A stretch of 64,000 bases of DNA from Nitrospirota bacterium (GTDB taxonomy: Bacteria > Nitrospirota > Nitrospiria > Nitrospirales > Nitrospiraceae): contig CAVPBK010000006.1 of NCBI GenBank assembly GCA_963701855.1, positions 608,001 through 672,000 on the forward strand. The letters are read 5' to 3'. The notes beneath the pieces were generated by a model, which was not told where the DNA came from, made no database searches, and worked only from the letters and a program-made list of their open reading frames with translations. Shown here one piece after another: positions 19,515-28,929 of the stretch (position 1 is its first letter; every line of letters starts with the position of its first letter). Both the position numbers and the translations under genes were made by a program.

Positions 19515-22055
19515 TTACAATTCCACATGACGCAGCCGAAGGGCATTGGAGATGACGGATACAGAACTGAAGGTCATAGCGGCACTGGCGATCATAGGGC
19601 TCAAGAGTATTCCCCAAACTGGATACAGCACGCCGGCCGCGATCGGCACCCCGATCACGTTATAGAGAAACGCAAACAAAAGATTTTGCCGAATGTTCCG
19701 CATCGTGGCTTGGCTCAGCCTCCGCGCACGGAGCAGCCCGCGCAGATCTCCTTTCACCAGCGTCATCCCCGCGCTCTCAATGGCCGTGTCCGCTCCCGTT
19801 CCCATGGCGATCCCGACATCGGCCAACGCCAGGGCCGGAGCATCATTGATACCATCGCCGGCCATCGCCACCACGCGGCCTTGCGACTTAAGGCGGGCAA
19901 TGATCTCTCCCTTTTGCTCAGGTAAGACTTCAGCCATGACTTCCTCAATGCCAAGTTTCCGGGCCACTGCTTCTGCCGTATCGCGATGATCTCCCGTCAC
20001 CATGACGACGTGAATGCCTTCGCCCCTGAGTTCCTGCACCGCGTCACGAGTAGAGGCCTTGATCGGGTCCGCCACGCCTAGTATGCCGGCAGTCTGCTCA
20101 TCAATGGCAACAAACAGGGTCGTCTGCCCTTCACAACGTAGCGAGGTTGCTTTTTCGTCCAACGGAGTGAGGCTCTGGCCGGATACCCCGATGTCGTTCC
20201 GCAAAAACGCGGCCGTCCCGATGGCGATGCGACGACCAGCGACCGTCCCGGTCACACCCTTTCCCGTCACTGAACGAAACTGCTCAACCGGAGCGCACGC
20301 GATCCCTCGCCCTTCTGCTCCCATCACGACCGCTGTAGCCAGAGGATGTTCGCTGCTTCGTTCAAGACTTGCGGCGAAGCGCAACAGATCGACATCAGAC
20401 CAAGGAGGCACAACCAGCACCGACAGCAGTTTCGGTTTGCCCTCTGTAAGGGTCCCGGTCTTATCAATCACAAGCGTATTCACCTTGCCGAATACCTCCA
20501 ATGCTTCAGCCTTCTTCACCAAGACACCCACCGTCGCTCCACGACCGGTCCCAACCATGATCGACATCGGCGTCGCCAATCCCAACGCGCAGGGACAGGC
20601 GATTATCAGAACCGCCACGGCATTGACCAGCGCATAAGCCAACTTCGGCTCCGGGCCCCAGATCGCCCAGGCCACTGCCGTGATCAGCGCAGCAACCACA
20701 ACCAGCGGGACAAAATACGCCGCGGTCACATCGGCAAGACGCTGGATCGGCGCCCGGCTCCGTTGCGCCTCACTGACCATCTGCACGATCCGGGCAAGCA
20801 TCGTGTCTCGCCCGACTCGTTCAGCGACCATCACAATCCCGCCTGTGCCGTTGATGGTCCCCCCTGTCACCCGCGCCCCCACTGTTTTTTCAACCGGGAT
20901 CGACTCCCCCGTGATCATGGATTCATCCACAGAAGTCGTACCTTCTTGGACCGTCCCATCGACCGGCACTCGCTCTCCTGGCCTGACACGCAGCCGATGG
21001 CCTACCTGAATGTGCTCAAGCGGCACATCTTCTTCCTGCCCGTCCTGCTTGATCAGTCTGGCTGTCTTCGGCGCAAGTCGAAGCAAAGAACGAATTGCGG
21101 AGCTCGTCTGACTCCGAGCCTTCAATTCAAGGACCTGGCCGAGCAGAACGAGCACCGTAATGATGGCCGCCGCCTCAAAATAGACCGCGATCGAGCCATC
21201 ATGCAGTCGGAATGAACTGGGAAGCAGCGTCGGCGCAACGGTGGCCACAGTGCTATAGCCATAGGCCGCTCCCGTTCCCATGGCAATGAGTGTGAACATA
21301 TTGGGTGCCCAGCTCACGACCGAGGTCCATCCTCGCTGGAAAAACGGCCAGCCACCCCAGAGCACCACTGGCGTCGCCAGCAGCCATTGCGCCCAGTTCC
21401 TCGTCGAGCCGGTGAAGGCCTGCGGAAGTGACAAGCCAGGCATCATATCGGCCATGGCCAGGAGCATGACCAAGAGGGAGGGTCCGAGACAGATCCAAAA
21501 TCGCCGGCTCATATCCGCAAGTTCGGGATTCCGTTCATCTTCAAGCGAGACAACTTTGGGTTCCAGCGCCATCCCACAAATTCGGCAAGCTCCTGGTTGA
21601 GTCTCAAGCACCTCCGGGTCCATCGGACAGATGTACTCGACCGCTCCACCGGATGGAACCGGCATGGCACGAGGAGTACGCTGCTCAGGAGGAGCCAGAT
21701 AGTAGGTCGGGTCGGTCCGAAACTTTGTGAGGCAACTCGTCGCACAAAAATAATAGGTCTTCCCTTGATACTCATAGGAACCGGCTGCTGTGGCCGGCTG
21801 CACCGTCATTCCGCACACGGGATCGATAGCTGCTACTCCGGTCACGGCCGGAGCAGGCTGCATCATCGGAAGAGGTCTTCTTGTGGTCGGTTTACCGGAG
21901 CTAGTCGGCCGTGGCTGCAACGCCCGCTCCGGATCGGTCTTGAATCGTTCCAGGCAGGACAGGCCACAGAAGTAGTAGCGTTGACCTTGATGGTCGTGAC
22001 TTCCGGCTGCCGTAGCCGGATCGACCGTCATTCCGCAGATTGGATCAATTGCCAT
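19515..22055 (-). CDS. copA: Cu(I)/Ag(I)-translocating P1B-type ATPase with two YHS domains
   Basis: DPxCGM YHS x2, TGES, CPC, DKTGT, SEHP, GDGIND, YN...MxxSS. Confidence 0.92.
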   Translation of the reverse strand: MAIDPICGMTVDPATAAGSHDHQGQRYYFCGLSCLERFKTDPERALQPRPTSSGKPTTRRPLPMMQPAPAVTGVAAIDPVCGMTVQPATAAGSYEYQGKTYYFCATSCLTKFRTDPTYYLAPPEQRTPRAMPVPSGGAVEYICPMDPEVLETQPGACRICGMALEPKVVSLEDERNPELADMSRRFWICLGPSLLVMLLAMADMMPGLSLPQAFTGSTRNWAQWLLATPVVLWGGWPFFQRGWTSVVSWAPNMFTLIAMGTGAAYGYSTVATVAPTLLPSSFRLHDGSIAVYFEAAAIITVLVLLGQVLELKARSQTSSAIRSLLRLAPKTARLIKQDGQEEDVPLEHIQVGHRLRVRPGERVPVDGTVQEGTTSVDESMITGESIPVEKTVGARVTGGTINGTGGIVMVAERVGRDTMLARIVQMVSEAQRSRAPIQRLADVTAAYFVPLVVVAALITAVAWAIWGPEPKLAYALVNAVAVLIIACPCALGLATPMSIMVGTGRGATVGVLVKKAEALEVFGKVNTLVIDKTGTLTEGKPKLLSVLVVPPWSDVDLLRFAASLERSSEHPLATAVVMGAEGRGIACAPVEQFRSVTGKGVTGTVAGRRIAIGTAAFLRNDIGVSGQSLTPLDEKATSLRCEGQTTLFVAIDEQTAGILGVADPIKASTRDAVQELRGEGIHVVMVTGDHRDTAEAVARKLGIEEVMAEVLPEQKGEIIARLKSQGRVVAMAGDGINDAPALALADVGIAMGTGADTAIESAGMTLVKGDLRGLLRARRLSQATMRNIRQNLLFAFLYNVIGVPIAAGVLYPVWGILLSPMIASAAMTFSSVSVISNALRLRHVEL

Positions 22056-22068
22056 ATCACCTCAGAAG

Positions 22069-22138
22069 GAGTCTGAGTAGAAGTCCTGAGTTTTCGGACT
22101 CACAGTAGTTCAACACTCAGAACTCAGCACTCAGAACT
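22069..22138. repeat. heptamer tandem-repeat hairpin (CTGAGT/ACTCAG)
   Basis: GAGTCTGAGT...CTGAGT then ACTCAGAACTCAGCACTCAGAACT. Confidence 0.75.
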
Positions 22139-22145
22139 TTCGAGT

Positions 22146-22796
22146 TTACTTCTTCCCATCGGCATCCAGAATGCTTTGGATGATCAGTTTGAGATTCTCC
22201 GGATCGATACTCTCCGCCTTAATATTCCCGTCGATGAGCACGGTTGGGGTAGACTGAACCTTGATACGCTCGCCCCACTTGCGCCCCTCTTCGAATATCT
22301 TAGCCGGCTTCCCACTGGCCATTCCTTCTTCAAACACTTTCGGGTCGAGGCCGACTTCCTTAATCAGGGCTTCCCGTAGCGAACGATCCAGAACTCCGGT
22401 GATCTTGTCTTTATGGATAGTACGAAAGAGGACGGCTTTCATCTCGTTCCCTTTTCCCATCATCTTCGCCTGCTCGTACATATCGAACGCAGTCGGCAGC
22501 TTGCCATGAATGACCGGGAACCCGACCATCGTAATTTCCAACTTGCTGCCGAACTCTTTTACGAGCAACGGCAATCCTGTTTCATCGAACTGATGACAAT
22601 GCGGGCAGTAGAAATCGGCAAACTCAATCAACTTCACCTTGCCGGGCGTATGCGTAGACACCTCGCCCGCCAGAATTTCGAACTTGCCCTTCAGATTAAG
22701 GGGCAAGGCGGTAGCTGGTGAGACCCAGAAGACGGCAACCGTCCATACAATCGCACAGACCGCTAAAGCCCATTGCACATACTGTCTGTTCGCCAT
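22146..22796 (-). CDS. DsbA-family thiol:disulfide oxidoreductase
   Basis: Signal/TM, EFADFYCPHC, STPT cis-Pro loop. Confidence 0.88.
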   Translation of the reverse strand: MANRQYVQWALAVCAIVWTVAVFWVSPATALPLNLKGKFEILAGEVSTHTPGKVKLIEFADFYCPHCHQFDETGLPLLVKEFGSKLEITMVGFPVIHGKLPTAFDMYEQAKMMGKGNEMKAVLFRTIHKDKITGVLDRSLREALIKEVGLDPKVFEEGMASGKPAKIFEEGRKWGERIKVQSTPTVLIDGNIKAESIDPENLKLIIQSILDADGKK

Positions 22797-22876
22797 ATCG
22801 ACTCCTTTCTTAGATCAACGCGGCTCGCCCATTATAGCGAATAGGCCACGAACTTACTCTTTGTTATACTGTGGCC

Positions 22877-23419
22877 ATGCCGGACAAGTTCCTGGCAAAT
22901 TCGCTGCTATCTGCCCTGTCCCTGCTCATCACGCTCACAGGATGCGCCTCGATGCAAGAAGCGGAGGACAGACAGGGTCTCACCTTTCTCCAAGTCAAGA
23001 CAACACCGGATTCTTTTAAAGGTCAATCGGCGGTCTTCGGCGGAAAAGTGTTGACAGCCAGGCGACAGAAAAACGGCACGAGGATTGAGATCTTACAGTT
23101 GCCGCTCGATCGATCACTGCGCCCCGTATACGACTTGACCCAGTCACAAGGCCGCTTCATAGCCGTGCAGCGAGAATTCCTCGATCCCGCGACCCTCCCG
23201 CCGGGAACCAGCGTCACCGTGACCGGCGAGATCTCCGGCACCATCACACTGCCATTGGATGAGACGGACTATACCTATCCCGTCATCGACATCAAACGTG
23301 TGCAAGTTTGGCCAAGATTTGAAGACGTGCCTCCCCATATCCGCCCCTATTATATGGGGCCAGGTCCCTATTGGGGACCTTATTGGAGCCCCTTCTGGCG
23401 GCCTTGGCCCTACTGGTGA
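22877..23419 (+). CDS. Slp family outer-membrane lipoprotein
   Basis: Lipobox LTGC; FGGKV, IEILQLPLD, GRFIA, FLDPA, YTYP. Confidence 0.88.
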   Translation: MPDKFLANSLLSALSLLITLTGCASMQEAEDRQGLTFLQVKTTPDSFKGQSAVFGGKVLTARRQKNGTRIEILQLPLDRSLRPVYDLTQSQGRFIAVQREFLDPATLPPGTSVTVTGEISGTITLPLDETDYTYPVIDIKRVQVWPRFEDVPPHIRPYYMGPGPYWGPYWSPFWRPWPYW

Positions 23420-23420
23420 G

Positions 23421-23751
23421 CAGGATGCTGAAAAAGCCCGCCAGCAGGGGATGGGATAGCCCGATGAGTCCCCTGTGCTCGCGCAACGCGCGGCCTAGGA
23501 AGGCCCTCGTTGGACGCGCGCAGTGGAGGACTCATCCGGGCCACCGGGGATAACGTACACGAGCAAGCTTGGAAGGATCATCTTTGGTCGCTCCCTGCGG
23601 CCTTGCCCTGGCAAGGCGCGTCTTGGCGCGCCAGGGCCGGGCGGGTGAGAAGGTCGCCATTTTGAGCATCCTGCGAGAGCGTTCTCCTGTGACGCTACAT
23701 GTACGGACCATCGAAATTCTTGCGTGCCTCAATAGTTTTTCCGTAGGCTGC
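23421..23751. mobile_element. composite family A element carrying a family B module
   Basis: CAGGATGCTGAAAAAG...ATTTTGAGCATCCTG at 23673, then the same ~80-nt extension seen at 2927-3004. Confidence 0.75.
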
Positions 23752-23860
23752 AGAAACAGCAACGCCTCGGCTCCTTCTGGGCTTCCGAGGCATTCAGTTC
23801 ATCTCCATCGCGGTCAGCTCGATCAAGGCAGCTCAACTCTTTATCCTGCTCGCACAATCG

Positions 23861-24922
23861 TCATTGGCCTCCAGATCCGACGATCCGCGCGACACGATCG
23901 TCGCGTCCACCGAGGTTGAGGTACTGGTGATAGTGAGCCAGTGCTTTGGGTAGGTCTTTCCGATGTAACTCATAGAAGACACCCAAGTTGTAGTGCGCTT
24001 CAGCAGAGTTCGGTTTCAGCGCGACGGCTCTCTCATAGGACTGCTCGGCCTCATCAAGCCTGTTCAGCCCGGTATAGATCACACCCAGATTCATATGCGC
24101 TTCGGCATACTCCGGGCGATACCGCAAAACCTCAAGAAACTCCCGCTCCGCCTCCACAGGCTGGTCTTGGCTCCGATAAATAAACGCGAGGTTATAGTGC
24201 GCGTCCACTAACGCGGGCTTCGCCTCGATGGCCTGTTTATAGGAATAGGCGGCTTCCACGAGATCGTTGTTTTTCTCCGCCATCCGCCCGGCAAGGTACC
24301 AGCCATCGGCATACTTGGGATCAAGCTTGAGCAATCGACTCACCGTCTCTCGCGCCATACGACTGTCTCCCTGCGCTTCATACAACAATGCGAGATTGTA
24401 CAGGCCGTCACGGTGGTTCGGATGGACGGCCAGCAAGGCCTGATAGGTCTTGATGGCCGAGGCAAAGTCACGACGTTGTTCATACAGCTTGGCCAAGTCG
24501 AAGTACGAATCCGCATGGCGTGGATCAATCTCGATCGCCCGCTTGAGGGCCTGCTCCGCTTCGGCCGATTTTCCCTGAATCAGATAGACCTCGGCCAGAT
24601 CGTTCAAGGCATCAGGATATGCAGGCTTGAGCTTGATCGCGATGGTGAAGGCATCCACTGCCTGAGCCGCCTTCTTTTCTTTGAAATAGATCAGGCCGAG
24701 CAGATGGTGTGCTTCAGCTGAGGAGGGATTCAACGCGATGGCTTTCCTTGCAGCCTCGGATGCCGCGGCAAGGTCGCCTTTTTTCAGCAGTGCGGCGCCT
24801 CGCTCGTAATGCCGCTGTGCAGCATCCGGTTGCTCAGCCGCCGAGACCGGGACAAGAGGAGAAATTATAGCCGTGCACAGAGCGAATAACACCATGGCTC
24901 TATGCTGGATGAGACGGTTCAT
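23861..24922 (-). CDS. exported TPR-repeat protein
   Basis: Signal peptide, multiple TPRs (AEAHHLLG, AHYNLA, AHMNLG); the longer ORF upstream runs through a repeat. Confidence 0.85.
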   Translation of the reverse strand: MNRLIQHRAMVLFALCTAIISPLVPVSAAEQPDAAQRHYERGAALLKKGDLAAASEAARKAIALNPSSAEAHHLLGLIYFKEKKAAQAVDAFTIAIKLKPAYPDALNDLAEVYLIQGKSAEAEQALKRAIEIDPRHADSYFDLAKLYEQRRDFASAIKTYQALLAVHPNHRDGLYNLALLYEAQGDSRMARETVSRLLKLDPKYADGWYLAGRMAEKNNDLVEAAYSYKQAIEAKPALVDAHYNLAFIYRSQDQPVEAEREFLEVLRYRPEYAEAHMNLGVIYTGLNRLDEAEQSYERAVALKPNSAEAHYNLGVFYELHRKDLPKALAHYHQYLNLGGRDDRVARIVGSGGQ

Positions 24923-24934
24923 GGTCAGCCAGCC

Positions 24935-25085
24935 TGTCTTGCTCATTTGGTCTGTCTGGTCTGTCTCGTTTATTTGGTTTATTTGGTTTGTTTGGTTGAA
25001 CCGATCAACTCGATGAACTAAACAAACCAGATAGACCAACCAACCGAGAAACCAGATGAACCAGCTGGACCCGCACCAGTCCAGC
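24935..25085. repeat. 9-mer tandem-repeat hairpin
   Basis: TTTGGTCTG/TTTGGTTTA units, then AAACCAGAT-type complements. Confidence 0.8.
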
Positions 25086-25338
25086 AAACTATAAACGGCA
25101 GCAACCATGAAATCAACGAAGGCGCCTGACTGCAATGATACGCGAAAAAACATTCGAGGATGAGCAGCCGGTTCGGCGAGAGGGAAGAATGATCATCAGC
25201 GAGCATGAAATGGATGCGTGATTGTAAGACATGGCCCCCACCTATTGACGTGGGCAAGAGTGAGAGGCGTTCCCTACCCTATGCAAGGAGATAGGACCAT
25301 TGTGAGGTGACCCAACCCGTGTGACCTGCAACGGGTAA

Positions 25339-25578
25339 TTAAACGGTGGTTGCTTCAAGCGATCGAATCTTTTTCTCAATGGCTCTTGGAAAATTTACAA
25401 AGACGAAGTGGGCCTTGTGATAGAGGTAATCCTCTCCACTTTCATCCATGATCCGCACCAGATCGTCCTTGGCAGCTTGTGGGTCTGGGATGATTAGATA
25501 CACCTTGCCAGGAATCAAAGAGGCTTTATAGTCGGTGTTATCCACGCAGAGGGCGAATGATTTTGCTAGGTGTCTCAT
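25339..25578 (-). CDS. small hypothetical protein (downstream gene of a coupled two-gene module)
   Basis: 79 aa, FALCVDNTDYKASL...KVY...RIMDESGEDYLY; ATGA overlap with the upstream gene. Confidence 0.75.
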   Translation of the reverse strand: MRHLAKSFALCVDNTDYKASLIPGKVYLIIPDPQAAKDDLVRIMDESGEDYLYHKAHFVFVNFPRAIEKKIRSLEATTV

Positions 25579-25746
25579 GATTCCTCCAAGTACCGCTTGA
25601 TTTTGAGATCCCGCTTTCCTATACCGTGAGCTTCATACCAATGAATCTCTACCATTCGCAGTGCACCGTTCGGCAACCGGACAGTCGCGATTCCTTTCAG
25701 CTTCCGCCAGCGGCCTGGACCGTAGGCCTTGCGGAGATAGCGCCGG
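25575..25746 (-). pseudogene. 5'-truncated small basic protein (WRKLKG...HWYEAHGIG)
   Basis: Plausible C-terminal half only; upstream sequence is an attC half-site rather than coding sequence. Confidence 0.6.
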
Positions 25747-25782
25747 ACCGTCGGGCGCGACGGCTCCATTTGCGTGTTAGCC
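25741..25782 (-). other. left half of an integron attC site
   Basis: Minus strand GGCTAAC-ACGCAAATGGAGCCGTCGCGCC: RYYYAAC inverse core containing the cassette stop codon; right half absent. Confidence 0.65.
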
Positions 25783-26610
25783 CGCGCTCGGATCATCCGG
25801 TAAACCCTTTGCTCGTCGGTCATCTCTCAAGTACTTGTCATAGTCGGCAGAGGTGTGGTGATCGGGGATGACTGCAACTGTCGGCATATCAATCACACAT
25901 AGCCGTTCGGCTGAGATAATCTCCATAAACTTGATATCACGGGGCTTTAGTTTCCCTTTGCCAAGTAGCCATTGGCTCCGGCCAACTGCGAAAGCAGCGA
26001 AGTCGGCCAGTTGCAAGAACGGGCATTCATGAGATCGACGAAACTTGATCTGACTCTCTTCAAAGACGTCCGCCCACCAAGGTAGCTTCAATGAGCTGTC
26101 GGCCTTTACCAGACCCTCATCGATAATCACTGGAAGTGGTCTTCTGAAATGCTGCTCGTGCTCGAGCATGAATCGCCGCACTCGAAACAAGAGGAAAAGC
26201 AGTGCGAAATGATCATGCCGACTCATATTTAGAAAGCCGATTCTCTGATCTAGTGTAAATTTGGATCTTATCTCTGATAGGAATGCCGGTGAGCTCGTTT
26301 GAAAGAGTATCGGAAGCTGGAACTGTTCGAATATGGTGGCCATGAGATCCATGAGTTCGAATCTCTGCTCGATTGAGGTATTTTGAAAGGAACCACGCCC
26401 GCTATATATATCCGTGAAGTGAAGTTCGTTTGCCGAATAGTTGCGACGAATTCCCTCGAGAAAGATTTCTATGCCAACTCCCACGTTGGAGGCAGCATCG
26501 TCGGGGACAATGACAGCCGCCCACGACTTCCTGTCGCTGTGCAAGAAATCGGATGGCGACTCGGCACCTGGCGTACCGGCGTCATCAATGTAGATTCCAG
26601 CGGACATCAC
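25777..26610 (-). CDS. DUF3800 domain protein in an integron-type gene cassette
   Basis: IYIDDAG, ELHF, IIDEG, LQLADF; bounded by GTTAGCC and GGCTAAC. Confidence 0.75.
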   Translation of the reverse strand: MMSAGIYIDDAGTPGAESPSDFLHSDRKSWAAVIVPDDAASNVGVGIEIFLEGIRRNYSANELHFTDIYSGRGSFQNTSIEQRFELMDLMATIFEQFQLPILFQTSSPAFLSEIRSKFTLDQRIGFLNMSRHDHFALLFLLFRVRRFMLEHEQHFRRPLPVIIDEGLVKADSSLKLPWWADVFEESQIKFRRSHECPFLQLADFAAFAVGRSQWLLGKGKLKPRDIKFMEIISAERLCVIDMPTVAVIPDHHTSADYDKYLRDDRRAKGLPDDPSAG

Positions 26611-26622
26611 ACCAAGTTCGCG

Positions 26623-26690
26623 GGCTAACTATAATTAGACTGATCCGCATAAGATGCGGATCTCTGTTCTCTGTCCGTATAACACGCCTT
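26623..26690 (-). other. attI-like site / cassette 5' core site
   Basis: Minus strand GTCTAAT-TATA-GTTAGCC preceded by the palindrome GATCCGCAT-CTT-ATGCGGATC. Confidence 0.45.
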
Positions 26691-26769
26691 GGAATTTCTT
26701 GCCGAAGGCCTGTTAACCCCTCTGCTTTCAATTGTTTACTCCCTGCCGCGGTTTATCGGCATCGAAAAC

Positions 26770-26846
26770 AGAAACGGGGACATTCTGAATTGTTGCGGGA
26801 AGCCGTTCAGATCACGTGACAAGAAAATCAGAATGTCCTCGCTTCT
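26770..26846. repeat. inverted pair of GAATGTCCCC-type motifs
   Basis: AGAAACGGGGACATTCTGAATT...AATCAGAATGTCCTCGCTTCT; related motifs at 47417 and 50040. Confidence 0.65.
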
Positions 26847-26855
26847 TTCGCCCCG

Positions 26856-27065
26856 CAGGATGCTCACAATGACATCCCAGCATGGCCGCAGGGAGCGACC
26901 AAAATGATCCTTCAAAGCTTGCTTGCTTACTTTATCTCAGTGATGGCCGGATGAGTCCCCCACTGCGCGCGTCCAACGAGGGCCTTCTTAGGCCGCGCGT
27001 TGCGCGAGCACAGGGGACACACCGGGCCATCCCATCCCCTGCTGGGGGACATTTTCAGCATCCTG
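26856..27065. mobile_element. composite family A element with a family B module
   Basis: CAGGATGCTCACAAT...ATTTTCAGCATCCTG; approximately the reverse complement of 23421-23673. Confidence 0.75.
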
Positions 27066-27830
27066 CTACGGGCGTCGGTTGGAACCTGTGATGGCCTGTT
27101 TAAACACCGTGCGGAGGCCGAAGTAGGCAACGGAATCTTTGAGGTTGGAGTACAGCCGCTTGAAGGTTCCCATGTCCGGGTTGGTGACGTATTCCATCGT
27201 TAAGGCGATCCGTTCTTCTCCTTCGCCAAGTGGAGTCACCGAATGCCAAAGCTTATCTCCGTTGAAGATGACGAGATCGCCTGGTTGTGTGATCAACTCC
27301 AGATGCCGAGGGACTTTCACAGGATCATCCTTAAACAGTTCGCAGACCAGTTTGCATTGCGTAGACTTATCGACGAGTCCCATCAGAATGGTGTAGCGAG
27401 CCCCTTTGTAGTAGGAGGTGTCATAGTGAAACCCGATATGGTCTCCCGGCTCCGTGTAATAGTAGAGCGCGCAGGAATGGGGATCGTTCTCAGGGCATAG
27501 ACTGAGCTTGGTCCGAACCAGACGGCTCAAGAATTCGATGAAGGCCCCGGATCGATACAGATCGAGAAAGCGCGGGGCCTTCTCCATCACCGTGTAGTAG
27601 CTCACACTCCCACCCTTCTTATGGCCGGGAATGTAATTGCGATTCAGCAGGCTCTTCACCCCCTGCGCTTGAGGAACGAGGTGTTCTTCCACCACCGACC
27701 GGGGAAGAAACTGTGGAATAAACAAGAACTCGTTCTGGTCCCAATACTCACGCGAGACTCGATCGAGATCCAACCGCTTGACTGCTTCATCCACCGTTTC
27801 AACGAAAGAACCGACCATTGACTGATTCAT
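27066..27830 (-). CDS. 2OG-Fe(II) oxygenase
   Basis: HYD...LWHSV...R facial triad and 2OG-binding Arg. Confidence 0.8.
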   Translation of the reverse strand: MNQSMVGSFVETVDEAVKRLDLDRVSREYWDQNEFLFIPQFLPRSVVEEHLVPQAQGVKSLLNRNYIPGHKKGGSVSYYTVMEKAPRFLDLYRSGAFIEFLSRLVRTKLSLCPENDPHSCALYYYTEPGDHIGFHYDTSYYKGARYTILMGLVDKSTQCKLVCELFKDDPVKVPRHLELITQPGDLVIFNGDKLWHSVTPLGEGEERIALTMEYVTNPDMGTFKRLYSNLKDSVAYFGLRTVFKQAITGSNRRP

Positions 27831-27857
27831 AGACTCACCCTTCCCTCAATCGCCCAC

Positions 27858-27975
27858 TAGGCTGCTGAAAAAGCCCGTCAGCTCGTCTTGTTCATTTGGT
27901 TCATCTGGTTTGTCTGGTTTTTTGGTGGGACGAAACTAACCAGATGAACCAGATAAACAAAACGAACCAGATCAA
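27858..27975. repeat. family A end plus 9-mer repeat hairpin
   Basis: AGGCTGCTGAAAAAGCCCG then TCATCTGGT...ACCAGATGA arrays. Confidence 0.7.
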
Positions 27976-27999
27976 CCCTCCCGCATCCCGCGTCCACAA

Positions 28000-28734
28000 T
28001 CACTGCGGAGCACTGAACACCGGAGCCTTCACCACTTCCACACCGTCCGGCAACTTCAGAGTGAAGAGCGGGTCGCCGAGACCCGTATTGGGTTGAAGCG
28101 ACGAAAACTCAAAACTCGCGACATTGCCACTGATTTCGTAGAGGGAGATCGTCCGAATAAAATAGGTTTTCGGAAACACTTCGAGCACGATCCGTTGTAA
28201 GGATTTCCCCGCTTCACCTTCATGCGACTTCGGCAGGAGAGTGAGGAGCCGGATTCCTCCCACGCCACGTCCCTTCCCCGGCGTCGGCTCAATGTCGAAC
28301 GACTCATCCAGTTTGGCTGCCCCCAGCAACAGCTCCAACGGAGCCTTGGAGGCCGCCATTTGCGTGAGCTTTCCGACCAACACTTGTTTGTGCTCCGGCA
28401 CATACACCTTCACATCGTCCCGATTGACATAGATATCCTCGACTGAAGGATCGAGATAATTCCACCGTAACCGGCCAGGTTTTTTGATATAGACCTTCCC
28501 TGAGGACATGATCGGCCGCTCGAACCCCTCGATCGTGGTCTTCTGCGTAAAATCTGCCTGGAGATCTTTCGTTTTCTCATACCGAGCCTGGAGCTGCTTG
28601 ACCACCTCTCGCACTTCCGTCAAGGCATTCTCATCGAACTCTTCAGCGCCGGCAAGAGTCGGCAATGGGAATAGGCTCAACGCACACACGAGCACGCCTC
28701 CTACACAACTTCTCCAATTCAATTTCTTCATCAT
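28000..28734 (-). CDS. lolA: outer-membrane lipoprotein carrier protein
   Basis: ADFTQ, GKVYIKKPGRLRWNY; downstream of ftsK. Confidence 0.88.
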   Translation of the reverse strand: MMKKLNWRSCVGGVLVCALSLFPLPTLAGAEEFDENALTEVREVVKQLQARYEKTKDLQADFTQKTTIEGFERPIMSSGKVYIKKPGRLRWNYLDPSVEDIYVNRDDVKVYVPEHKQVLVGKLTQMAASKAPLELLLGAAKLDESFDIEPTPGKGRGVGGIRLLTLLPKSHEGEAGKSLQRIVLEVFPKTYFIRTISLYEISGNVASFEFSSLQPNTGLGDPLFTLKLPDGVEVVKAPVFSAPQ

Positions 28735-28743
28735 ACCAATCGC

Positions 28744-28929
28744 AAGGGGAATGGCCAAGGCTGCTCTTTACTGCGCACATCGAAGGAGCACTATAATATT
28801 GCTCCTTCCAAGCTTGCTCGTTATCTCTTCAGGGATGGGGCCTGATTGATCTTCCACTGTGCGCGTCCAACGAGGGCCTTCTCAGGCCGCGCGTTGCGCG
28901 AGCACAGAAGATCATCAGGCTCCATCCCC
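28744..28929. repeat. family B structured repeat
   Basis: GGCCAAGGCTGC..., CCAAGCTTGCTCG, AGGGATGGGGCCTGAT...ATCAGGCTCCATCCC stem. Confidence 0.75.

Noticed and set aside
24923..25153. N-terminal extension of the TPR ORF (NQTNQINQINET...)
   Set aside because: Translation of a 9-mer intergenic repeat hairpin; the signal peptide begins further downstream
27066..27830. Fe/2OG halogenase
   Set aside because: Retains the HxD carboxylate (HYD), as in hydroxylases
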